Assembly: GCA_020184695.1 (NCBI GenBank)
Contig: JAANOX010000205.1
Span: 558,001-622,000 of the forward strand
Direction: 5' to 3'
Length of the DNA: 64,000 nucleotides
Source: Histomonas meleagridis 2922-C6/04-290x
Taxonomy: Eukaryota; Protista; Parabasalia
Of this stretch, positions 52,471 through 61,675 are shown piece after piece. A model generated the notes under the pieces. The model did not search any database. It had not been told where the DNA came from and worked only from the letters and a program-made list of their open reading frames with translations. The first letter of the stretch is position 1; every line of letters starts with the position of its first letter. The position numbers and the translations under genes were made by a program.

Positions 52471-55400
52471 ATGTATCAAGCCTTGCTTAACCAGGAAATC
52501 CAATTGGATTTGCCATTACTCGAAAAAGCTATCGAAGACGGATATAGAACGGGAAATAATGAAGCAATTTTTGCCATGAATTTTTCCAGTGAAAGGCCTG
52601 ATATTTTTGAGTATATCAATCAATTTTTACAACCACAAAAATCTCCATTTGTTAAATATTATGGGCTACAAATTTTTAATAAGTTAGTTGAGCTACATTG
52701 GGCTGCAATTCCCCAACCCGAAGTTCGAAATTCACTGAAATCATTATTATTAGAATTCATTAAAAACACGATCCAAACGAAAGATCAGTATTTGTCTTAT
52801 CAAATTCTAAATGAAGCAGATAAAGTTTTGATATCAATTTTAAAATATGAATGGCCAAACGAATGGCCAGAATTCATATCTGTGGCTCTAGAAACAAGCA
52901 AGAATTCTTTAGATACATATCTCAATTTTATAAATATATTTGGAATGTTAGCAGATGAAATCACAAATTTTTCAGAAGCATCTTTATCAACCACACGGTC
53001 CGCCGAAATGTATGCTCAATTCCAAGCAGAATTTCCAAAGATTGTTTTATACATACAAGGATCTTTAGATAATCCAAGGAGTGAAATGGAAGTGAAAGTC
53101 ATATTGAAAAACCTTCGCTACTTCGTCAAAGCAACTGATTTAGCAGCAATTATTGATTCTGATATAATTGATCTTATTTGTCGAAGGCATTTGCAAAACC
53201 CAAAACTCGTTCCATGTTGTCTTTCAGCCATCGGTGACATTTTTAGCACCAACAATTTCTTGCTTTCTTCACCTCAAATAATTTCACGGATTTTCCTTGT
53301 AATTGTTGCTGTTGTTGAACCAGCTTTTTGCGATCAATCATTATCTCGAGTTCCTGAAACATATGGAATTACTATCGACGATTTTGTTCATACGTTCACC
53401 GTTTCAATCATTTCATTCATAACTTCGTTTTATCAAGTGCTCGAAACCGAAACCGTCGAAGCGTATTCAAAAGTTTTACAATGGCTTTGTTTTATAACCG
53501 CCAACGCGTGTCAAGATGACTTTCGCCTTTGTATTGAGCTATGGTTCACACTTACAAGAGCAGTTTATTCAGAACGTGTTTCAGCACACTTAGATTATTG
53601 TCCCGTTTATGTTCCAATTTTTGCAATGCTTCGAAGAATTGGAATATCGAAAATGGAAAAACCTTCCGAAGTCATTATTTCTATCGATGAAGAAGGAATT
53701 CACTCTCGAAGGTTAGATTCTTCTACAGAAGCTACAGTAGCATACACTCATATGAGAGAGATGCTTGTTTACTTAACACATATAGATCAAAATGATATGA
53801 TGGAAGCGCTTGTTCAAAGAGTTAATGAAGTCACTCAAAGTGAATGGAATCCAAATGCTATTAATTCATTATGTTGGGCAATCGGATCTTTAAGTGGTGC
53901 CTTACCAGAGAAAGAAGAACTCAACTTCATTTCTAATATTTTAAGCTATTTAATACGAGCATGTATGCAACTTTCTGATATCCCTGCACGAGCAATAGCA
54001 GCAAGTGGTGTTATGTACATATGTAGTCAATACAGTCGAGTTTTAATTCAATCATGGCAACTTTTGAAGACAGTTTTAATGAAATTATTTGATTTTATGA
54101 AAGAACCAATTCCAGCAGTACAAGATTCTGCTGTTGAATCATTCAAAAACATTGCCCGGTTTTGTCGTTCTGAGATTATCAAGAAGCAACCAAGCGAACA
54201 AGCATCGTTCCTTGATATGATGCTCTCAAACATGGGTGAAATTCTCCAACCGCTATCACTAGAGAACGTTATCGGCACTTTTGAAGCGGTTGTCATGATA
54301 ATTCAATGCATAACCGATGAAAAACAAAGAACCGAAAAAGCCGCCGTTTTATGTGGTGGAATTAACGGAACCCTTGAATCCCTTAAATCGAATGTTCAAT
54401 TACTCAATGACCAATGGCATGAACAATTCCTTTTTGTTCTCCAATGTAATGCGGGGCTAGCCAAATATTTAGGATGTACATTTATACCTAATCAACTTTC
54501 AAACATCCTTCCTGCTTTAATGGAAATTTATCAAAGAACATCAGCTCTTCTTTTAGAATGCGCTGTAAAGAATGCCTTAGCATTAAAAGAAGCTTCAATG
54601 CTTAGAAGTATAAATGCGGGAATTGCAAGATTATTAGATACTTCTGTATCGAACTGTGGTAATTCTACGCCAATCATCCAGTTCATACTACCGCCTGTTC
54701 TACAAGTCATTGTACCTGATTACCAGAACTCTCCAGCAAAGGTACCAGAGGTCGTCGGTTTGATGGCGGCTTTGACGATGAAAATCCCCGGTGAAATTCA
54801 AGCCTCAATTCAAATGATTTTCGCAACGGTTTTCCAACCAACGGTACCACTTATTCAAGACATGAACGATAACTTTGCGTTCAAAAAGGAGTTCAACCGT
54901 TTGATGAGTTCGTTGGTGTCAAATTGCACCAGCTTCTTAACATGCGTCCAAATAGATGACGTCGTATTGTTCATGAACTGTCTTAAGCTTTTGTGTGGGA
55001 ACACACAACCAGAGATCTCCGAAAAGTCACTTCAAATTGCATCAAATCTTATTAATATGCTCGAAGCTAGAACTCCACCACAGTTCATAGCACAGTTCCA
55101 CGACTTCTTTGCTGTTGATTTTCTTGTCTTTGCGTTCAATCTTATGACCGATAGTTTTCATAAATTTGCATTCAACCAACTCACAGGGCTAATCCGTAGT
55201 CTTATGCAGTTACCAGTGATGAACAATAAGATGCAACAAATAGTTGAAATGCTCACAGGTGTATTCCCTAATACAAGTCCAACAGATATTTATAATTTTG
55301 TACTCCAAATGCAAAGCGAAGCACCGAGTTACACAAACTTCAAGAATTTGATGCGGAACTTCTTGGTTGAGGCAAGAAAATTCTCTCCGAAAGATCCATC

Positions 55401-55551
55401 ATTGTTTGCAAAGGAAATGGAGGAGGTTGTCCAAGAGATAGAAAGGAAGAAGAACGTCCCAGGGCTACTTCCTCCATCGCAAAATCCTCAATTATTAGAG
55501 GAGATAGAACAATTGACTTCTTTTGTCGGTAATATGTCATTAAGATTATAA
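52471..55551 (+). CDS. XPO1: Exportin-1/CRM1
   Basis: LCWAIGSLSGAL, AIAASGVMYICSQYSR..WQLLKTVLMKLFDFMKE..VQDSAVESF match the CRM1 H10-H12 region; ILKYEWPNEWPEFI; first ATG at 52471. Confidence 0.9.
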   Translation: MYQALLNQEIQLDLPLLEKAIEDGYRTGNNEAIFAMNFSSERPDIFEYINQFLQPQKSPFVKYYGLQIFNKLVELHWAAIPQPEVRNSLKSLLLEFIKNTIQTKDQYLSYQILNEADKVLISILKYEWPNEWPEFISVALETSKNSLDTYLNFINIFGMLADEITNFSEASLSTTRSAEMYAQFQAEFPKIVLYIQGSLDNPRSEMEVKVILKNLRYFVKATDLAAIIDSDIIDLICRRHLQNPKLVPCCLSAIGDIFSTNNFLLSSPQIISRIFLVIVAVVEPAFCDQSLSRVPETYGITIDDFVHTFTVSIISFITSFYQVLETETVEAYSKVLQWLCFITANACQDDFRLCIELWFTLTRAVYSERVSAHLDYCPVYVPIFAMLRRIGISKMEKPSEVIISIDEEGIHSRRLDSSTEATVAYTHMREMLVYLTHIDQNDMMEALVQRVNEVTQSEWNPNAINSLCWAIGSLSGALPEKEELNFISNILSYLIRACMQLSDIPARAIAASGVMYICSQYSRVLIQSWQLLKTVLMKLFDFMKEPIPAVQDSAVESFKNIARFCRSEIIKKQPSEQASFLDMMLSNMGEILQPLSLENVIGTFEAVVMIIQCITDEKQRTEKAAVLCGGINGTLESLKSNVQLLNDQWHEQFLFVLQCNAGLAKYLGCTFIPNQLSNILPALMEIYQRTSALLLECAVKNALALKEASMLRSINAGIARLLDTSVSNCGNSTPIIQFILPPVLQVIVPDYQNSPAKVPEVVGLMAALTMKIPGEIQASIQMIFATVFQPTVPLIQDMNDNFAFKKEFNRLMSSLVSNCTSFLTCVQIDDVVLFMNCLKLLCGNTQPEISEKSLQIASNLINMLEARTPPQFIAQFHDFFAVDFLVFAFNLMTDSFHKFAFNQLTGLIRSLMQLPVMNNKMQQIVEMLTGVFPNTSPTDIYNFVLQMQSEAPSYTNFKNLMRNFLVEARKFSPKDPSLFAKEMEEVVQEIERKKNVPGLLPPSQNPQLLEEIEQLTSFVGNMSLRL

Positions 55552-55824
55552 TAAACATTTATACATTTTTAACCGTAAAAATTTGCATTTAAATGCTCTT
55601 CTTTATGATGTGATAAGAAAGAAATGAAATACATTAACATGTTCAACAGATATTCTCATTATTCACAACATTTATAACCAGACATAAAAAATGTAATTGT
55701 TGCTTATTATTGATTTTAACATTTTGTTATTATGTACTTAAATACATAAAAAACTTTTGGTGAAATTATATTTTGAAAAAACAAATTTATCAAACATAAT
55801 TTAAGAAAAATTTTATTTATTCTC

Positions 55825-57261
55825 TTAAAAATCATCTTCTTCATAATACTCCTCTTCCTCTATTTCGTTACCGCCATCGCCCAAATTCGAGATCTGAATG
55901 AAAATATTATTTGGATCATCATCGAAATCACTGTCGCTAAAGAAACTTGGCAAAGGTCCACCGAATTCTTTATGTATTGTATCGAAGTATTGATAATATA
56001 CGTCATCATAAAACTGTTTCCATTCATTATTTTCATCTTCGCTTGGAGCTCCTTCGATATCTATGATATGTTCAGTAAAACTAAACAAATATCCCCAATA
56101 ATTTGCGTCTTTGATTTGGTCCTTTTTCGAATATTCGGTAACAATTCGATGTTTCATATCTAACTTTTCAATCAGGATGTTGGCAGAGCGGTTTTGCATC
56201 AAGGCTGAAAATAAACCGTAGAACGATACGTGGAAAATTGAATGGATTTTGAGCTCAAAAAACCGATCAAGCAGAATTTGCATCGTATCGTAAATAAACG
56301 GTTCCGGGTTTTCTTCTGATGCACGAAGAAACAAAACAAGGAGCTCTATAGCTTTCTCATGCTTAGAAAGAAATGGTAAGGGCCCACAAATAAAGTGACA
56401 GATGTCTTCAAGATGATTAATGGCATATTCATAAACAGGTGTACAAATCATATCTTCTTCACATATGTCGTCAGAACCATAAGAAACATCATCCATCTGA
56501 GAGCAGAGCTCAAAAATTAGGGAAAAGGCCCAATAACTGGATTCTGAGTATGCTGAGTGAAGTGCAATATCAAATATTTTGGAAATCTTTTCATCAGTCA
56601 CAATCTGGCTAATAAGAGAAGAGTCCGGATTAGCATTCGAAATAATGGATGAAATAATTGATAATACTCGAGAATTGAAAATTTCATCTGTCTCAGAAAG
56701 TGATTCAAAAAGACAATCACAGGCATTTATATCTTCGAAAAATGATGAAATTTGTGCACTTGGGTCAATTGCTAATGAATAAAGCACATCATATACGGGT
56801 TCTTGCTTAATTGACTTGATTAAGAGGGAGAAAAATTGCGGTTTCTTGGAGAGGTACAGGTGGATAACTGAGTTTTGCGTTTTTAATAAAATCAAAATCA
56901 ATTGAGAAAAAATACGAGCTGGTACTGCTGGTATTGGATCTTTTGAAAGCTCTTCTATCATTCTTTCATAGAAAAACTCATTTTGACTTATTTTTGTCGC
57001 ATAATAGCGAGTAAGTTTGTCAAGAATTCCTTGTGCTATACGTGCATAATGACCATCACCATCACCTTCTTGTAGAGCCTTTTCTAGTAATTGTTGGAAA
57101 TTATTTAGAAAGAACATGGTTATTGTGGGATTATTTGGTGAAATAGCTTGAACAATATTTGATTCACATAATAGGTCATCAATTGAACAATTCCCGTTGT
57201 TGATTTTATTTTTGATATTGTCAAAGGAAATAGAAGGATAATTGCCTTGCCTGAGAAACAT
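55825..57261 (-). CDS. SIT4 phosphatase-associated (SAPS/PP6R) family protein
   Basis: MF start, CSIDDLLCESNIVQ N-terminal motif, HSIFHVSF, NYWGYL, W..F motif and acidic tail. Confidence 0.75.
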   Translation of the reverse strand: MFLRQGNYPSISFDNIKNKINNGNCSIDDLLCESNIVQAISPNNPTITMFFLNNFQQLLEKALQEGDGDGHYARIAQGILDKLTRYYATKISQNEFFYERMIEELSKDPIPAVPARIFSQLILILLKTQNSVIHLYLSKKPQFFSLLIKSIKQEPVYDVLYSLAIDPSAQISSFFEDINACDCLFESLSETDEIFNSRVLSIISSIISNANPDSSLISQIVTDEKISKIFDIALHSAYSESSYWAFSLIFELCSQMDDVSYGSDDICEEDMICTPVYEYAINHLEDICHFICGPLPFLSKHEKAIELLVLFLRASEENPEPFIYDTMQILLDRFFELKIHSIFHVSFYGLFSALMQNRSANILIEKLDMKHRIVTEYSKKDQIKDANYWGYLFSFTEHIIDIEGAPSEDENNEWKQFYDDVYYQYFDTIHKEFGGPLPSFFSDSDFDDDPNNIFIQISNLGDGGNEIEEEEYYEEDDF

Positions 57262-58306
57262 CCGAGCCCTTTACCTTAACGTCCGTCGCTCTGGTGAGAG
57301 TAAACCATACAAAAAAATATAAAGCCAAGCCAAAAAGTGATTCCAAACCGAAAAGCCAGCGTTAACATCTCCAAAAATAAAAATAATGCTCATAACGAAG
57401 GAGACACAAGAATACATCGCATCCAAAGAATAATGAATAACTTAAAAAATGGAAAATAATTTAGCAAATATAAGAAAATGGAAATTCTATCCAAAATTTA
57501 TTTATAGTCAAATATAAATAAATCTTTGAAATTTTTGTAATATATTTTCTTTGAATGGAACAACGGTCGCAATAATCTTTTTTGTCAGCGGGATTTGGTA
57601 ATTAACAATACTTAATATTAACAATACTAAAACTTTCGTAAATCGAACGAAAAACGCTAGTTTATGTAACACGACATAGTTAAAATATATAAGATTCCGT
57701 CATAAGATACTTAAGAAATAACAATCATTTCACATTTTTTTTTTTGTGATTTTATATCCATATCATATGGCAACGTGTTTGGATGTATTCCATAAAATAT
57801 TTTTTGAAAATAAAAGGGTTTTCATGCTAAACTCAACATCTTCTTCATTGCATCAAATGCAGGTAGCTTATAAAAAGAAAAATGCCTTCAGTTAAATTCT
57901 GATATTTAGCTTCATAGTTTAAATTCATTATAAATACATGCATCAATTATCATAAAATTATAAAAAAGATTTGCATGTAGAGTTTAATTAATTTTATATT
58001 AAAAAAAATAATGTGTGGATCCAACACAATAAGAACTTAAAACTATGTTCCAATATGTCGAAAATGGAATCTTTTTATATGGATAATTTAAATGAGAAGA
58101 ACGTTATTTACTTTTTTTAGACAGAATTATCTCACATCTCTTCTCAATTTTTAACCTCTCATGTTCAATTTGCAAATTTACGTTGAAGTACGTTGAATTC
58201 AAATTTAATTCTTCCAAAAATATTTAACAAAGCAGTAAGTTTTGAAATGAAGAAATTGAACTGAATACAAATTTGAATCGAACTCTCTCAAAAATTCATC
58301 ATCTTC

Positions 58307-60817
58307 ATGCAGGCCATTTCTTTAGCCCTTTCGATTCTTTCATTTTTCTTTCAGATTTCAAGTCAAATATCGATTAATAAAGCGGGTGTATTAGGTTTTT
58401 CATATTCTTATCAAATGGTTCCAACATATGAACAAACGAATATTTTAACGAGTACCGAAGTATTAACGAATACAAAAGTTTCTTCGAATACACAAGTTAT
58501 TACATCCACATATATTGAAACGAATTCAATGACAGAATCATTAACGTTGAAAAGTTCACTTTCACAAAGATTTTTTGAAACCGAATTTTCGACACATACA
58601 ATTGTGAATACGAAATCTTATACATTATCGAATTCGTTTATTTTAACTGACACATATTCGTTAACGCAAACACAAAAGTTGACTGATTCAATTACGATTT
58701 CGCCAACATTTATTTATACGAATACATATGATACATCATATACGTATTTAGATAGTTTGTTAAATGTACCTTCAACTTCACAAACGTCCATTTTAACATA
58801 TGTTTCATCGATAACACGTGTTTATGTAAATTCGGTGACATATTCACTCACGAATACATTATCAGAAACTCTAGTTTCATCATATACTTCTTCTTTTGTT
58901 AATTCAGTCACATATTCATCTTCATTGAAGAGCACACAAACATTGAGTAGCACACGAACATTAGGATATACCACGCAGAATACAAAGGCAAAATCATATA
59001 CAAAATCATCAACTATTTCATATGTTTATTATACATCATCCACCAAATATACGACATATAAATCTTCTTATACAGATTCATATACATATAAATCATCATA
59101 TACGACTGTTTATTCAGTTGTTACTCGAAGTCCATCAATCATGTATACAGAAACGATGTCATGTGGATATCCAAATGCAAACAAAATGAATGCACTAAAA
59201 ATACAAACAATCAAAAATATTAATATGCAACGTTCTGATGATAGATTAATAATTTCTGGAGCAAAGCCAAAGGTTCCATGTATGTTAGTGCCAATATATA
59301 AAACTGTATATTCAATTTCTACAACAATAACAAGATCGATAACATCATCGAGATCATTAACATCATCTAAAACAATGGTTCCAACAGTTACAGTATCAAA
59401 AACGATTACATCAACTAAAGAAAATTCAATAACAATGTCAGAAACATATTGTTCATCAATAACAAAAACATTAACGATTACGAATACTAAAACACTTAAA
59501 AATACACAAACACAAACACGTACTATATCATCTACAAAAAGTCCAACACTAAGTATTACAGAAGTTGAATCGAATACATATCCACCAACGAAAACTCGAA
59601 CTTATACGAAATCATTAACAAATTCTAATGTTAATTCAGGTAGTTTAACGAATTCATTTATTTCGACACAAACGATTTCAAAAACATCATCACCATCATT
59701 AACGAATTCGATAACAATAATACCATCTATAACTAATATTCAAACATCAACATTGACATTAACATTAAGTTATACATATGTTAAAGATAATACACTTACA
59801 CCAACTCAAACATTAAGTATTACTAATACAAAATCGACAAGTTTAACATATATTGCGACGATATTCTTAATTGATATATATACGAATACAGAATCAATTA
59901 CATTATCACCAATTTCAACATTATCTCAAACTGAGATGATAACAAATTCGAATACATTTTCAGTAGAAACTACACATACAAAATCATTCTTATATTCAAA
60001 TTCATATCAAATAACATATGAACTAACATTAATACGAATAGAAATTGAAGATTCTAAAACATTTACATCATCATTTACATATACAATAGAACAAGAACCT
60101 ACGAATACATTCACAATTACAAATACGAATACATTCACAATTACAAATACGAATACATTCACAATTACAAATACAAATACAATTCCGAAATCACAAACAA
60201 CAATAACACCACAAATACAAACGAAAACACAAACAGAAACAATAACGCAAAATACTAAAGAACCCACAAATATAAATACAAAATCGAATATATTTACAGC
60301 AACAGCATCTATCCAAGAAATTAATTCAATAATTACTATCAGTATTTCGAAATTATTAACACAAACGATTGCATTAACACAAACATTAAGTATTATTAAT
60401 AGTTTTCTTTCTGAATCATTTACATATATAATATTTAATTCTAAAGTTAAACTTACGAACACGATATTTATTTATTATAATTATACTATTTTTCAATTTC
60501 ATACTCTTGAAAAATATTATTCTAATTATATTTATATTTATGAAGATCATGAAGGAAATGAAGAAAAGCAAAATTCGAATAATTTATGGATTATTATTGG
60601 AATTGTTATTGGAGTTATTGTTATAATTATTATTACAATAACAATAATTATTCATATTAATCGACATAATAAGAATCATGACGAAGAAATTGTTGAAGAA
60701 GTTAAATATCAAGAAGGTGAAATTGATGGATGTAGAAGTATTATGAAATTAGAAGATATTGATGAAGATCCATTTGCTGTTGATTTTGAAGAACATAAAT
60801 TTGTTAGTCCAATTTAA
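58307..60817 (+). CDS. Type I membrane Ser/Thr-rich surface protein
   Basis: Signal peptide, about 700 aa of S/T-alternating sequence, TM (LWIIIGIVIGVIVIIIITITIII), tail DEDPFAVDFEE. Confidence 0.9.
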   Translation: MQAISLALSILSFFFQISSQISINKAGVLGFSYSYQMVPTYEQTNILTSTEVLTNTKVSSNTQVITSTYIETNSMTESLTLKSSLSQRFFETEFSTHTIVNTKSYTLSNSFILTDTYSLTQTQKLTDSITISPTFIYTNTYDTSYTYLDSLLNVPSTSQTSILTYVSSITRVYVNSVTYSLTNTLSETLVSSYTSSFVNSVTYSSSLKSTQTLSSTRTLGYTTQNTKAKSYTKSSTISYVYYTSSTKYTTYKSSYTDSYTYKSSYTTVYSVVTRSPSIMYTETMSCGYPNANKMNALKIQTIKNINMQRSDDRLIISGAKPKVPCMLVPIYKTVYSISTTITRSITSSRSLTSSKTMVPTVTVSKTITSTKENSITMSETYCSSITKTLTITNTKTLKNTQTQTRTISSTKSPTLSITEVESNTYPPTKTRTYTKSLTNSNVNSGSLTNSFISTQTISKTSSPSLTNSITIIPSITNIQTSTLTLTLSYTYVKDNTLTPTQTLSITNTKSTSLTYIATIFLIDIYTNTESITLSPISTLSQTEMITNSNTFSVETTHTKSFLYSNSYQITYELTLIRIEIEDSKTFTSSFTYTIEQEPTNTFTITNTNTFTITNTNTFTITNTNTIPKSQTTITPQIQTKTQTETITQNTKEPTNINTKSNIFTATASIQEINSIITISISKLLTQTIALTQTLSIINSFLSESFTYIIFNSKVKLTNTIFIYYNYTIFQFHTLEKYYSNYIYIYEDHEGNEEKQNSNNLWIIIGIVIGVIVIIIITITIIIHINRHNKNHDEEIVEEVKYQEGEIDGCRSIMKLEDIDEDPFAVDFEEHKFVSPI
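60101..60172 (+). repeat. 24-bp perfect tandem repeat x3 (TNTFTITN)
   Basis: ACGAATACATTCACAATTACAAAT three times. Confidence 0.95.
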
Positions 60818-61611
60818 TTTTATTCATATAATAAATAAAAGATCTGTTCATTATGTTAGATAATAGAGGAAATTATCCTCGTGACAAAATAAAATCTCAA
60901 TTTATTCGCTTATTTGTTTTCAATTTATATCGATAGTGGGATGATTTTTGTTTGAATACAGATTATGTTTATTATTTTGAATCAATTGTGCATTTTTCTG
61001 ATTGCTTACCAGTGATTATGAGTGTTTATGTATTTTTGAGATAAAAAAGGATGTTTATCAAAATTTGTGATTCTTAGAAAATGAATATCCATTATTTTTT
61101 CTTTTTAAAAATGATAATTAATTATTTGATTTTTATATATTATTATTATGCACTACTTGGATAGGATTGTATTTGAACTATAATACATTGATGAAGTGCA
61201 TGGAAATAAATCTGAATTTAGTTGGATTCAAACTATTTTTTAAAAACTTTACAGTAAAGCACGCTAAATAACGATACAATAAAGCAGTCAGCAAATAAAT
61301 TCCTTCAATCGCTCACAGCTAACAAATTAACTCCAAGTTTGAAAAGCAGACACTTTTCTATGATTGAGTATGAATTTCAAACATCTTTCCTCAATTGGTA
61401 TCATTAAAAATCACGAAACCCTCGAACAACCAATCCACACAGAGGGTTTTTGCTCATTTTATTAAGGTAATCCGTTTCATGTTGTCACAAGATGAAGGTG
61501 TACATTTCTCCATTTAAATAAAACGTAAAAACCAATTTTTTTAGAAAAAAGGATAGCAGCGAATAAAGTTTCGTATGGTGTTTTCCATATTTTGGAATTC
61601 GTTTGCATAGA

Positions 61612-61631
61612 AAAGACGTTAAGTCACTTCA
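61612..61631 (+). promoter_or_regulatory. 20-bp element identical to 35287-35306
   Basis: AAAGACGTTAAGTCACTTCA, ending 44 nt upstream of ATG 61676. Confidence 0.55.
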
Positions 61632-61675
61632 AATTTATAGTCTGGGGCACCCTAAAAGCAAAAAAATCGAAAGAA

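Noticed and set aside
57262-57420. GC-richer segment upstream of the SAPS gene as a possible ncRNA/snoRNA
   Set aside because: No convincing C/D or H/ACA boxes or tRNA fold; more likely 5' UTR or promoter.
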